Positions 13,011 to 26,290 of a stretch of 64,000 nt of DNA are shown piece by piece. A program made the translations under genes and the position numbers. The stretch is from Chiloscyllium plagiosum (Eukaryota). The notes beneath the pieces are model-generated. The model saw only the letters and a list, made by a program, of their open reading frames with translations, made no database searches and was not told the DNA's origin. How positions within the stretch are numbered: position 1 is the stretch's first letter; each line of letters opens with the position of its first letter. The stretch is from contig NC_057711.1 in NCBI RefSeq assembly GCF_004010195.1, forward strand, positions 70,663,018 through 70,727,017, given 5' to 3'.

Positions 13011-14480
13011 AGGTAAAAACAATGACTGCAGACGCTGGAAACCAGATTCTGGATTAGTGGTGCTGGAAGAGCACAGCAGTTCAGGCAGCAGCCGAGGAGC
13101 AGCAAAATCGACGTTTCGGGCAAAAGCCCTTCATCAGGAATAAAGGCAGAGAGCCTGAAGCGTGGAGAGATAAGCTAGAGGAGGGTGGGGGTGGGGAGAA
13201 AGTAGCATAGAGTACAATAGATGAGTGGAGGAGGGGATGAAGGTGATAGGTCTTCAGGGCAGAGGAAATGACCTGGGAGTTGCAGTGGGAGAGGGACTCC
13301 TTGAGATTCTTGTAGAGAGAGGAGGAAAACTTCTTCAAGGCAGGCATCCTTGCAAGAGGATTCGCAGTAGGGTTAAAATCAACTAGGTAAAAACAATGAC
13401 TGCAGATGCTGGAAACCCAATTTTGGATTAGTGGTGCTGGAAGAGCACAGCAGTTCAGGCAGCATCCGAGGAGCAGCAAAATCGACGTTTCGGGCAAAAG
13501 CCCTTCATCAGGAATAAAGGCAGAGAGCCTGAAGCGTGGAGAGATAAGCTAGAGGAGGGTGGGGGTGGGGAGGAAAGGCATGGAGTACAATACGTGAGTG
13601 GGGGAGGAGAGGGTGGAATGGATAGGTGGAAAAGGAGCTAGGCAGGTCGGACAAGTCCAGACAAGTCAAGGGGACAGTGTGGAGCNNNNNNNNNNNNNNN
13701 NNNNNNNNNNNNNNNNNNNNNNNNNNNNNNNNNNNNNNNNNNNNNNNNNNNNNNNNNNNNNNNNNNNNNNNNNNNNNNNNNNNNNNNNNNNNNNNNNNNN
13801 NNNNNNNNNNNNNNNNNNNNNNNNNNNNNNNNNNNNNNNNNNNNNNNNNNNNNNNNNNNNNNNNNNNNNNNNNNNNNNNNNNNNNNNNNNNNNNNNNNNN
13901 NNNNNNNNNNNNNNNNNNNGGTGTAATCCAGGTAGGTGTGGGAGTCGGTGGGTTTGTAAAAAATGTCAGTGTCAAGTCTGTCGTCACTGATGGAGATGGA
14001 GAGGTCCAGGAAGGGGAGGGAGGTGTCAGAGATGGTCCAGGTAAATTTAAGGTCGGGGTGGAATGTGTTGGTGAAGTTGATGAATTGCTCAACCTCCTTG
14101 CGGGAGCACGTGGTGGCGCCAATGCAGTCATCAATGTAGCAGAGGAAGAGGTTGGGAGTGGTGCCGGTGTAATTACGGAAGATCAACTGCTCTACGTAGC
14201 CAACAAAGAGACAGGCATAGCTGGGGCCCATACGTGTGCCCATGGCTACCCCTTTAGTCTGGGAGAAGTGGGAGGATTCGAAGGACAAATTAAGGATGAG
14301 GACCAGTTCGGCCAAATGAATGAGAGTGTCGGTGGAAGGGTAGTGTAGTGGACGTCGGGAGGCTTGGAGGCTCTGGTCATGGCGGATGGAGGTGTAGAGG
14401 GATTGGATATCCATGGTGAAGATGAGGCATTGGGGGCCGGGGAAACTGATGTCTTGGAGGAGGTGGGGGGCGTGAGTGGT
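13011..14480 (-). mobile_element. Penelope-like element with RT and tandem terminal repeats (pseudo-LTRs)
   Basis: ORF 13638-14414 contains MDIQSLYTSI, QTKGVAMGTRMGPSYACLFV, YIDD, LPFLD and YKPTDSH, which are PLE RT motifs. There is a direct repeat with a 374-bp period at 13011 and 13385. Confidence 0.92.
13686..13919. other. Assembly gap (234 N)
   Basis: Run of N inside the PLE. Confidence 1.
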
Positions 14481-17104
14481 ATTTTAAGACACTAACTTAC
14501 GAAGCACTGCTTCTTCATCAGGTGGTTGTGGAGCAGAATCATACAACACAGAATTTAGAGCAACAGGATTGCAGTGTCATGGAATGTAATGTTAAACAAA
14601 GTTCTCCTGAGTCTTTCATCGCTTAGAATGATCATTTTAGTTTCAGTTCCTTCATGTGTAAATCCTTTTATATGAATAGGCTGATGGAGCTAGTGCTTGT
14701 CTCTGCAGATGTGCTGCTGCCATTGACAGAATCCATGTGTATGGCGCAAAAATAGAAGTTAATGCCCTGTGGTCTGTCAGCAGCTTTAACTGCTTGCCGT
14801 AAAGGGAATGCGTGCACTGCCCAAACATTCCTTTTCTACTTGGGCATAGTGACACCTCACTGCAAAGGCAATGGGCCTTTTCTCTCCAGTTGGTAAGATA
14901 CATGACAGCACAGCGCCAACCCCATAAGGCATGTCAATTGCTGTGACAACTTTGGGTCAAAAGGAGTCAACAGTTCCAACCTTTATAGGACTTGCTTCAC
15001 CTCCCAGTAAGCCTCATCATATTCCTGGGTCCATTTCCATGGCTATCCTATTCTCTGTAATTGATGCAAGAGTTTTAGCATAGTTGTCAGATCAGACACA
15101 AACTTGCCATAGTAATTCACAAGTCCTAAGATTGATCTCATCTGAGACACATTCTCTGGTCTGGACCTTCATGATGGCCTTCATTATCTGGGTGCCTTGT
15201 GTTGTCCTTCACCAAATACATAGCTGAAGTACTCTATGGAGTCTTTAAAGACTTGCATTTCTTCCTTTTATACTTGTAGGCTGTGTTCCTGCAATGTCTT
15301 TAGAGTTTCTTCTAGGTTTTTCTTCTCATTGAAAGATCCAGATAACCAAAATATCATTTGGACTCCCAGCAATCCCCTCAAAAAATTTGGCCCATGGCCA
15401 TGTGGAACTGAGCCGGTGCTGATGTGATGCCGAATGACAGTTGCTTGGATCAGAAACGTCCCCCCTGTGTTACTATCATCAGCGGTGGCTGAAACTCCTT
15501 TGTGACCCCCATCTGCAAATAGGCCTGCGACAGATCCAGTTTGAGAATTTCTTTCCTCCAGCCAGTCCCCTGAACAGGTCCCCAGTGTGGAAGTGGGTAG
15601 TGACCTGCACTCAGGGCTGGGTTGACTGTGATCTTGAAAGTACAGATACATCCTGAGTGCACCATTTGTTTTTAGGACTGGAACAACGGGAGTAGCCCAA
15701 TCACTGGTGGTTTCTGGGTCCAACATTTCCAGGTTCACCAGCTGTTCCATTTCTGCATCCACTTTAGACCTGAAGGCCTATGGCACTGGACACGCATTCA
15801 GAACCATTGGATGAGCCTCCCGCTTTACCCAAAGTTTAATTTCTGCTCCTTTCATTTCCTCCAGGTTTCCCTTGAAGTCATCCATATGGCTGTCCAAAAT
15901 CTCTGGCAAACTCGTTTTTGTGTTAGCCAGTCTATTAAGCACACTACAATTTAACTTTATTTTTTATAATCAGGAGCATAGGATAATCGCCTTTCACTAT
16001 GTACAGTGGCAGTTTGGTATACTGGTCTCTTAGTTGTACTTTTACCAGCACATAGCCTTTAGTGGCACCTTTTGTTCCATGTACATCCAAAGGTATTCTT
16101 GGCAAACTTCAATGGCAAGAGTCAGAGATCCTGAATCCAGAAACCCTTATCCACCTATACCTTTGCTGTCTTCTCCTCTAATTTGGGAAGAACCTGGAAA
16201 CGATCAGCTTCACCCCCATACAGAATGGTTTAACTGAAACTTCATGCACTCTGGGCCTTTGACTTCTCCCACAGACCCAGCTGACTCCGTCTCCTACTTG
16301 TGTGTACAATCTGCCTTGTCCTCGGAATTGTCTCCTTTAAACTCCCCTTCTCTTGCCTGAGTTGCACCCAGCAATTTCGGGCATTGACTCTTGCTACATC
16401 AGCGGCATTCTACAGTTGGTACCACAGTCTGCTAGGTATCCATCTCCGTTTGATCTTCTAACTTTATGGTATTAGTAGCGTGAGGAATATGCTAAGCCAC
16501 AAGGTGACATATTCTGGAATCTTATTAATGCAATCTCCTCAAAATCATATCTTCCCTGATATTGTCATCTGAAAGCTATTTAGTTTATAAAATTTCTATC
16601 AAAGAAGTTTCCATGATCACTTATCTGTATTTCCTGTAAATCGTTCTCATGAGCAGACAAATGGTTATGCACTCCTTGTTGTAATTGTTTGAAGTTTAGT
16701 TTTTTATTTACCAGTGACACACTGCATTCTCAAAGTCCTGAAAACAACATAAGGTCTGAGGCACCTGACAGCATCGAGGCTTAATGTATTTAGCTAATTT
16801 TGTGACATTTAGAAACATTGGGGAAGGAAAGATCAAGATAATTATTTTAAGTGGAGGAAAGTGCTTGCTGTCAACAGTTTACAATACCACACAGCTATAT
16901 CCTTGAATTATACCATTTATAATATGAAGTGGTTAGAAACTATGTAATGCTTTGATGAATTTGTACAGCTGTGGTTTTATATGCCCCCTCAATGTGTTTT
17001 AGTCGTATGCTTTAATATGCATTTTAATGCAGTTTTAAAATCAGACGTATTTGCAGTAGTCTCAAAAAAGTGCAGATCTGTCTCTATTCACCTTTGCCTT
17101 TCAA

Positions 17105-17895
17105 TTCATATTTGATTACCATGTAAAAGTTGAATTTTTAGGCTTTTTAAAAAAATTTAAATTATGAGGTTGACTACTACATGGATACTACTATTGAGGG
17201 GTTGAAATTCATGCTACAGTCCAAAATGCCATATCATTAGTAGAAGCCCAAATGATCTCTAAATAAAGAAAGAAAAAAAGCACAATAAATTTGGTACAGA
17301 GTGCTACAGAGGAACTGACCTCAGCTGACCTGCACACCAACAGAGGTTGTCACCCCACTCTGACCTGATGTGTCTCAGACTTTCCTGTCAAGTTCTTCTG
17401 TTTCCCTCTGTTTTCTCTCGTCTACTGTTTTTAGTTTTTCAAACTAGCATTTTAAGTTTTTATTTCTGATTTAAGACAGTTGACTCCCAGTTTCACCGAT
17501 CATTGTAGCCATCAGAAATCGTCAACAGCTGCATGGTAATTTATAATGAAGTAAATGCATATAACTAATTTTATTTAGAAAAGCATGGTGTGATAAATTT
17601 TGTATCTCATTCGTGATACATATTATAGTACTCATTCGATAATGAACTTAAGAAACCTGTAGTCTAAGACTGTTGTGAATTGGTCATCAAAGCACATAAT
17701 AGCATGAAAAAAAGTTTATTTCCTCATCGTAACATTTATGTACAGGATAATATCTTGACTCTCAAATGTTGATCTGTTATCTGTGAAGAACTAGGGTCAA
17801 CCTTTACACGAGATATATGGAAAATTCCAGATTTTTTGGCCAAAAATAGGGGCCGACCTTTACATTAGGTTGACGTTTACTCAAGTTTATATAGT
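17105..17895. mobile_element. Decayed pogo/Tigger-like DNA transposon remnant
   Basis: The right end gttgacgtttactcaagtttatatagta resembles a pogo-type TIR (GACTTATACTCGAGTATATACGGTA). Subterminal gtc/ttgac-tttacac repeats occur at both ends. Confidence 0.45.
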
Positions 17896-18056
17896 ACTTT
17901 CAGCGCAGGCTGGTTTTGACTATCTAATCTTCTCAGTTTGGCTTCTTTACTCATCCTAAATAATAATCTTTAGTTAGAATGCTAGTAAGCTATTTTCTGA
18001 ATAAATTTCTTTTCCAAAGTCGCTGCAACTGCAAACACAGTATTCTGAACTTAATG

Positions 18057-18368
18057 TTTAGATTAGATTACTTACAGTGTGGAAAAGGCCCTTCAGCCCA
18101 ACAAGTCCACACCGACCCTCCAAAGAGCAACCCACCCAGACCCATTCCCCTACATTAACCCCCTCACCTAACACTATGGGCAATCTAGCATGGCCAGTTC
18201 ACCTGACCTGCATATTTTTGGACTGTGGGAGGAAACCAGAGCACCTGGAGGAAACCCACGGCGAGAATGCACAAAATCCACACAGGCAGTTACCTGAGGT
18301 GGGAATTGAACCCGGGTCTCTGGCGCTGTGAGGCAACAGTGCTAACCACTGTGCCACCATGCTGCCCA
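18057..18368 (-). mobile_element. HE1-like V-SINE
   Basis: Homologous to 4995-5315. Confidence 0.9.
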
Positions 18369-18600
18369 TGTGTGGCAATGTTTAGCAGAATGAAAATAAC
18401 GTATAAAAATCCTGTGATAAGAGAATAGAATAAACAAACACTAAGCTTTGAGTTAATAAAGTTCTTCATGGAAGTGCCAAAATATGTAGGAAAAATCTTC
18501 AAACTTACTTTGGTTTCTTTTTCCCATATTACAGTAAAATTCAAACAGAATGATATATGATAAATCTAAAATGAGCTTGTGATATATTTTGTATTTTCAG

Positions 18601-18749
18601 AAGAGATGGCTACATACTTGCGTTACGTAAGAAGGCTGGACTTCTTTGAGAAACCAGACTATGACTACCTAAGAAAGCTGTTCACAGACTTATTCGATAA
18701 GAAGGGTTACATGTTCGATTATGAGTATGACTGGATTGGCAAACCACTT
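18601..18749 (+). CDS. CSNK1G3: CK1 gamma 3 exon (E)[49 protein letters not shown], 149 nt
   Basis: ORF 18579-18797 contains the end of the CK1-gamma kinase domain. Acceptor ttttcag, donor CTT|gtaaga. Confidence 0.97.
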
Positions 18750-20620
18750 GTAAGACTAAAAATTTGTTTATATAAAAATGTTCTTTTTGTCAAGTGAATA
18801 TAAGTATTACAAAAGCAAAGTGCAACAGGTACCTCGAGTATTTCTGGATGGGATTAGCAATCTCGATAAAATGTGCTTGACCTCTGCTGCTTTATTTGTC
18901 TTAAAAGATGTAACATATTGGTGTTTATAATGTAAACCTGAAGAAAAACTAAATCTCTTTTTAGCTATACACACATGATGATGTTGACCAAAGGAAAACT
19001 TCAATTAAAATTGAAATTGAAGGCTTTCTGCTCCATGTTCTAAAAATCAGAATGTTGATTATTCCTTTGGATCCATCATGGCTTATCAAATGTAATTGTG
19101 GCACAATGCCCATAATGAAAGGTGCATGATTCTTGTTCTGTTCTTCAATAACTGATCTCAGACTGGACACTAAAGGAGTTACAATGAAAGGTTTTTGTAC
19201 CCTGAGTCAGAGATTTTGTGCTCCTAACTGCTATCTGATAATCTCTGTTGGAATATGTATGTGAATGTCTGGTAAGGGCAGGGTTTGTGATCTCCCTGTC
19301 AGTCAAACTTCCTCCAACATTCGCTACCAAGTTCAATTCCAGAAAAACTAGTTTCCTTGGGTGTGTCGCATAAGGGCCCACAGCCCATGTAACCCATCAA
19401 GAGCGGAGGGGAATAAAACAAGAAGGAATGGATTATTATTTCACTGCAGTCTAGTATCAGTTCACTGCTTGGTTGATGCAGCAGAAATCCATCACATTGC
19501 TTGCAGATCTCCAAACCAAGCACCTGAGAAATCCTTTTGAGTATTGTGCATCTTAAATGGTATATGTTACACCCTCTTTCCCTGTAACTACACTTCCTGA
19601 CTTCTGTCTAGTGAATTTACGTGAAGATTAACGTGCACCAAGATTTAAGGATCCTTAACTATCTGCAGGATAACTTTTACAATATTGTAACTAGCTAAAA
19701 CAAAGTTTTCCAATACAGAGCATAGGTAAATATTCTATTGTTTGTCTAGCAAGGTTCAGTTTTGCATAATGAGACATTAGCCAAAGGGGCTATCTAGATT
19801 TGAACGGTGCCACTTCTTCATTATACACCTTGTGTCGTCAGTGGGCAAAGCTGTCTAACCAATTACCAATATTTGCTGAGCACTGCAGAGCTAGTTGTGT
19901 CGATTTCAACTTTGCACCATTGGTTATGTCCTTATAAAATCAACTCAAACCAAATGACAGCATACTTAGCATTACATCATATGAAGTTTCCACAATGCAG
20001 ACAACACACATGCATAATTGAATATTTTAATTGCCCATTGTAGCTTCAGCATGAAATGCTATGACAGTGAATTGGTTTCCTGCTTCATAATTGCAAGCCC
20101 ATTAAATAATGAATGATGGTGCAATTCATTACTTTGGTTAATGTTTAACTGAGATTGTATGGAATGGAAATTGATTCCAGATGTTCTTGTTGCAATATTG
20201 CAGAAAACATTTTACATTTTTTTACAGTATTTCATATTATTTTCTCCACGGTACTTTTGGATACATGGGCAATTTAGGACTTTGACACAATGACTGTAAT
20301 AGATAAATTTTCAATTCTCTGATTATTTGGTAAAACAGTTCTCTTTTGGAGAATATTTGAAATTCCTAGATCAGAACAAATGATGTTTTTCTGTCATTGG
20401 TCACAGTGCGTTTTCACAAATACTTGTCCAAATGATTATATCTTGCACATCCCCTCCATCCATTTTCCTCTATTCTTTTTCCTCCGCTGCCCTGCTCTGG
20501 AATTTCCATTCTCCCATGTACAATAACATGGCGAGCACATCTCCAATATGAAAAAGGAAGGGCATGACTAAATATTTCAGTTCCATTCATGGATGTCAAT
20601 ACTGTTTTCTCTAATTACAG

Positions 20621-20719
20621 CCCACTCCAGTTGGTTCAATTCATGCAGATAGCGCTCTGGCAGGAGCGAATAGAGAGAATCATCAGCACAGGGATAGAAC
20701 ACAGCAAGCCAAAAATCAG
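20621..20719 (+). CDS. CSNK1G3: CK1 gamma 3 C-terminal tail exon PTPVGSIHADSALAGANRENHQHRDRTQQAKNQ, 99 nt
   Basis: Resembles the recalled human CSNK1G3 segment PTPVGAVQQDPALSSNREAHQHRDKMQQSKNQ. Acceptor ctaattacag, donor CAG|gtaggt, phase 0. Confidence 0.93.
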
Positions 20720-21948
20720 GTAGGTCTGCAAATGACATTGTAGTTACATTATTATTTGCAATAAGAGTTTTTTTGAGTTGCTTCCAGAAAATGAAGGTTC
20801 TTTTATGCTGCTTTGAGATTTAATAGTGTGTTAGGATTGTTGGCTTCCAGCTTGTGGCTTTTGAGTAACTGGTAACAACTGAAGTAAATGTGCTGGATTT
20901 GTTGCAATCGGAAATAAAACTTTCCTACTGTTAGCCTTTGGAATCTGGCAAGTCTGCATTCATGTTATTGTTGATACAATAAGATTTGCACATTGAGAGC
21001 TGACACCACGAAGAGAGGTTACACTAAGCAGTTTGAAACTGGAAGAGTTAACAATGCAGTTAACACAGTTTCCCAGCTACACAGCAGTTGAATGATCTGA
21101 AACTTGCATTCGTAGTTTACATGGCTGTAATAAACCTGACATGTTTCAGTTTGCTCAGAAATTATGAACTTTCTCATTAACTGGTGTAGGTCTCAAATCA
21201 GCTGATAAGAGTTTAGGCCTTTCGCAGTTGACATTTGAACTCCGTCCACTGCTCCCACAGTGAATCATGGACTTAACAAAAGTTTCTTGTACAATACAGA
21301 CCTAAATATTGCAACATTTATCTTTGGAAAGCAAGCAAGTTCAGTCTTATTGTCTGATGCTGAACTATAATTTGATCTTTGGCAACTTTTCCTCCCTTCC
21401 TCAAGCATGGTTTAAATTTTAAATTTCCAATAAATACGAAATAATGAGTATGGAAAATGTCTGTGTGAATGCGTAGTATATAAGACAGTTATAACATTTA
21501 TTATGGTCTGATTCTAGGCTTAAGGATAGCCCAAAGCAGTGGGGTAATGTGAGGAATGCAGGAAAGTATTGGACTTATTGAAAAGTAGGAGTGACCTGTT
21601 TACTGACTATAGTGATAACTGTTGTTACTTTTTGGATGAAATTTCCAAGCAGCAATTTTTATATGGAAGCAATTAGTAAATTGAGACATGTCTCCGAAAT
21701 AGCAGGTTTTTATTTTTCACTTACACTAAGACTTGCCTGTTCAGAGTACATTTGGAACCACACGCAGCATTTTGTTTACATGTGGGTAGCTTTTGTTATA
21801 CTGCCAATCAGCTATTTACAAGTAGTAGTCAATACGGCTTCCACAATTGTTTATTTGCATTTCGTAGTTCAGTGCAAACCCCCTCTCTACTCTCTCCTCT
21901 CTGAAGTGACTCCCCTTGCTGGAGAAAACCAGACCTTGATATTTTCTA

Positions 21949-22060
21949 GGCGAAAGTGAGGACTGCAGAATCGAGAGCGTGATGCTGGAAAAGCACAGCA
22001 GGTCAGGCAGCATCCGAGGACCAGGAGAGTCAACGTTTTGGGCAAAAGCCCTTCATTATT
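21949..22060 (-). mobile_element. Short PLE 3'-terminal fragment with a 14-bp TSD
   Basis: cttgatattttcta is repeated at 21935-21948 and 22061-22074. The sequence matches 31728-31940 and 35776-35991. Confidence 0.8.
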
Positions 22061-22074
22061 CTTGATATTTTCTA

Positions 22075-22760
22075 ATCAACCTGTCAGAGATCTTATTTTC
22101 ATATAGGCCTGGAGTGGGTAAGACTTGAACATGGGCATTCTGTCTCAGAGGTAGGGGTGCTACCGTTGCACCACAGGAGCCCTAGTAAAGCAGCAGTTCC
22201 CTTTCAATCCTAGATATTTTCTAGATATTTCACTCCCCTGGTCAGCTATGTTATGACAAACATCTGGAGCAGTAGTGCCCACGATAAGAGCCCTCAGAAA
22301 ACTAGCCATCTCTTTCTGTCCAAAAGCCAGTTCTTTTCAGATCAACCTGTTCAGAGATGTTAATACACACCTCTGGAGCAGATGGGAATTGAACTTGGGA
22401 CTCCTGGCTCAGAGAAGGTGGCACTCCACTGCAGCACAAGTGTGAAAGCTAACCTTGTATTTTTGTAATTTAGATTGCTCAATTTGGGGCTTTCCTTACA
22501 CTTTGAGGTTTTCCTAATCAATTCTTCTCAAGCTAGTGGGCTTGATCCCAGGCCTCCTGTTTCGGAGGTGGGGACATGACTGCTGCCACAAGAGCCATGA
22601 AAGCTGGCATTCTTAATCTTTTTTTTGTCCTTTTTTTTCCCCTAATGAGCTAGTTCGGAGATATTATTACACACCTCTGGAAGCAGTAGGACTTTAATCC
22701 AGGTCTCCTAGCCCAGGGAGATGACACCACCACTATGCCACAAGAGCCCTAAAAGCCAGC
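22075..22760 (-). repeat. Tandem array of about 5 degenerate short tRNA-derived SINE units
   Basis: Recurring ...acacacctctggagcag..gga.ttgaac..gg.ctcctg.ctcagag...ccac..caccacaagagccct units. Each is the reverse complement of the 6141-6258 element. Confidence 0.7.
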
Positions 22761-22998
22761 CTTTGTGTTTTTTTTTCTCTTTCTCACCCAGCCAATTAGA
22801 CATGCAAAGCCCATTATGGGCAATGCGAACCATCAAACGTGTGGGAGTGGGGTTCATTTTTAAAAGACAATAATTTACAACTTTATCATGCTTGAGCTGA
22901 ATTTTGGGAGTAATTTTCTATCCATTGACAGTTTGGAACAAAGTTTGGTTATCAGCTATATGATGAGCAATAAATGACATGAGCACATTACTTGAGTT

Positions 22999-24283
22999 GG
23001 AGATGCCGGTGTTGGACTGGTGTGTACAAAGGTAAAAATCACACAACACCAGGTTATAGTCCAACAGATTTATTTGGAAGCACTAGCTTTCAGAGTGCTG
23101 CTCCTTCATCAGGTGGTTGTGGAGTATAAGATCATAAGACACAGAATTTATAGCAAAAATTTACAATATGATGTAACTGAAATTATTTATTGTAAAAGAC
23201 CTGGATTGTTTGTTAAGTCTCTCATCTTTTAGAATTACCATATTGATTTCAGTTCTTTCATATGCAAATCGCATAACTTTTTTCTAAGTTACATTCTCAA
23301 GTGAAATTTAACAATTGGTGTCATGTCGGCCCAGATAATGCATTTAAGGTGTGAGCTGCCCCTTGGGTTATGAATGTCTGTGAGAGAGTGTGTATATGTG
23401 TGTGAGTGTAAAGGGGTATAAAGTCTGTGAGAGGGTGGTTTGTGAGTGTGGGAGTGTAAGTGGGAGCATATGAGAGAGGGTCTGCGTGTGTATAGTGCAA
23501 TGGGGTCACCTGTAGTGCGACATGAACCCAAGTTCCCGGTTGAGGCCATCCCCATGGGTACCAAACTTGGCTATCAGCCTCTGCTTGGCTACTTTTCTGT
23601 TGCCAGTCCTGAAGTCTGCCTTAGAGGACGGTCACCCGAAGGTCCGAGGTCAAATGTCCCGGATGTTGGGTTCATATCACACTACAGGTGACCCCATTGC
23701 ACTATACCAACACATAGACAGACAGACAGACAGACAGACACACTCCTGCAAGCACACACACTCCTCCAGATACACTCTCCAACAGACCCATACACTCTCA
23801 CAGAACCTGTCTCATATACTCACACACACCCTCTCACAGACTTGTACCCCTTTACAATCACACTCTCACACATACACACACTCTCTCACAGACATTCATA
23901 AACCCCTCCCCCCTCCATGCTCCACACACACACACACACACACACTAAAGTTTGTGGGCTGAATTTGTACTTGCAGAATTACATTTTACTTTGCTCAAAA
24001 ACTGTATGAATCCATGTAAGCTTCTGTAACTCCATTTTTTAGATTAGAATCGGTCTGACCATTGTGGCACAGACAGACTCACACAGGGCACCTCACACCT
24101 TAACAAACAATCCAAGTCTTTTTCAATACATCATTTCAGTTACATCACACTATAAGTTTTTGCTATAAATTCTGTGTCTTATGATCTTATACTCCACAAC
24201 CACCTGATGAAGGAGCATCACTCCGAAAGCTAGTGCTTCCAAATAAATCTGTTGGACCATAACCTGGTGTTGTGTGATCTTTA
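22999..24283. mobile_element. PLE (second family) rearranged insertion with long inverted termini and a 14-bp TSD
   Basis: About 23035-23217 is inverted at about 24099-24283. TSD acattacttgagtt lies at 22985-22998 and 24284-24297. Contains internal (CA)n/(GACA)n and a hammerhead motif in each arm. Confidence 0.8.
24201..24235 (+). ncRNA. Minimal type I hammerhead ribozyme motif (PLE-associated)
   Basis: CAC-CTGATGA-A-GGAG-catca-CTCC-GAAA-GCTA-GTG. The core is intact, with stem II, a palindromic AGCT stem III and a CAC/GTG stem I. Confidence 0.75.
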
Positions 24284-25399
24284 ACATTACTTGAGTTTGC
24301 TATTTGATTGAGACTCTTAAACTTGGGAACAGAGTCAAACCTCTGCTTCCAAGGCAGATAGGTCAATGTATGATCAATCTTTTGGAGGTGTTTGCAGAAT
24401 GTAAGAGTTAATTTGTGATTTACTAAAATCCTTTTAAAATTCACCATCTTTTAATAACTTTGTAGTGTTACATGTGTTATTATTTGTGTGGTTATATATT
24501 CAGCTGGATCCAAATGAAAGAATCAATGTCATTTGGATGAAATTTCAGGATTTGAAGTGTTTGAGTATCTGTGCCATGTTTGCTGTATTACATTTTGGTG
24601 AATAAGCTCTCCCAAATTTTTTTAATTAAATGAGAAAATCTTGACACTTGATGTTTTGAGCCAAGGGCAGATTTAGTGAGTTATTCTGACATTTAATTAA
24701 TTGAACACTGAGTTTTAATTATTTAGAAAGAAATGCTTAGGAGGTTTCTGCAAGTAGAAGGAAGAAGTCTGAAAGAGCAATGTGAGCTTTTCAATTTCTT
24801 CACAAAGCAGATATTTTAGCATGATGCAGAGATAGAGCGCGCGTGTGTGTGTGTGAGAGAACCATGTGTTAATGAAAAATCATCACATATTTATATGGTT
24901 ATATCAAAAATCCCCAAATAATATTCATAACATTTCAACTTTTTCACTTCAGTTGTTAATTCCCTTCAAAAATAGCAACAATTCTACCTGTTAAATCAGA
25001 CTGTGTTTTTAAAGAAACAGTGATGAACAAAATACTGTAGTGATTATGGGGAGAAAATAAAGCATTACTGGAATTCTAATTTGTTTATGTAGCTTTTAAT
25101 CTACCAATATTATTAAAGGCTAGGCAGATAAGTATTCTCTTGCATTAATCAGAAGCTGCTGTGACAATACTTTTTTTTCTTTCAATAATGGAAACTCATG
25201 TTCACAGCAAAAAGCAGTAACCGTGAACTGAAACTAGCTAATAAAAAGTTACATTAATCAGTCTCGTGCCGGAGTTTAACAAGCCTGATTAGTTAAAAAG
25301 CAGGGGCTAAGTGACTGTGGTACCTTTGAACACTAATAAAATGAACAATAATATTAAAGCACATTGGTAGCAATCTATTGATGTATGTTGCAACACTCC

Positions 25400-26290
25400 T
25401 GTCCTGTTGAGACCACACATTTGTTTGAGGGTCAGATATTAGACTTTGCAATGTTGCTGAAGTAGCAATCCAGTCATGGGTGGTGCCAAGGGTGGTTTTC
25501 ACTGTCTGATAGAACTTATTCTGAGAACTTATCAAAAGATCAAATAGAATCGAGTGTAGGTGACTATAAGCAAGAAAAAAGACATTACTCTGAATTGAAA
25601 AGTCTTCAGAGAACGCAGGATTCTGCGGTACAATAGGATCTGTGTGTCCCAGTAAATGAACCACACAGTTAGTTAGTTTATGGGTATAGGATTGTACTGT
25701 ACATCAGGAAGGCAGATGGAACATTGTCATTTATTACAAGGGGAATGGCATAAAAAAGTAGCCATGATTTGCTACAGTTTTCCATTGCATTGTTGAGACC
25801 ACAAACATGTACCGTGTATAGTTTTTACTTCCTTATTTAGGAAAGGATATAAATGCATTAAAAGCAATCCTGAAAAGGCTCTCTTGACTGATACCCGAAA
25901 TGGGGAGGAAGTTCTCTTACAGGAAATGGTTCAACATGTCAGACTGGTATCTATTGAAATTTAGAAGAGTAAGAGGCATTCTTATTGAAACATATAAAAT
26001 CCTGAGAGGACTAGGCAAGTTGGATGCTGAAAGGATGTTTTCCATTCTGGACCAGAAGTAGGACTCATGGTTTTTAGTGGAATTTCCTTTATTTGTAACT
26101 GTCTTCCCTGGAGAGCAATGGAAGCATTGAGGAGTTTAAAGGCAAAGGCAGGTAGATTCTTGATTAACGAGGGAATCTCTTGATATTGTGCTGTTTGGGA
26201 ATGTGGAGTTTAGACCACAATCAGATCAACCATAATCTTAACAAATGGCAAAAGTGGATCAGAGGCCAGAATGCCTAATTTGTTTTGTGT
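25400..26290 (+). mobile_element. Old CR1 3' fragment
   Basis: Decayed RRVRGILIETYKIL motif at about 25965-26005 and a CR1-type tail. Confidence 0.6.

Larger units (their letters stand above)
11280..16450 (-). mobile_element. Degenerate Ty3/Gypsy LTR retrotransposon internal region (gag/PR-RT-RNaseH-integrase), interrupted by PLE insertions
   Basis: RT motifs DWATPVVPVLK and LKLDLSQAYLQM (15268-15762). RNase H motif LYGKQLKLLTDHRAL (14652-14903). Integrase motif VMTDD.QQF...YHPGANGQAHRFVQTL (11878-12100). The order PR-RT-RH-IN is the Gypsy order. Confidence 0.85.

Noticed and set aside
13508..14348. Long ORFs spanning the N run
   Set aside because: Their length is inflated by the gap. Only the minus-strand PLE RT frame is meaningful.
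22075..22760. Repeat-spacer pattern suggestive of a CRISPR array
   Set aside because: The units are long, degenerate and SINE-derived, the context is a eukaryotic intron, and there are no cas genes.
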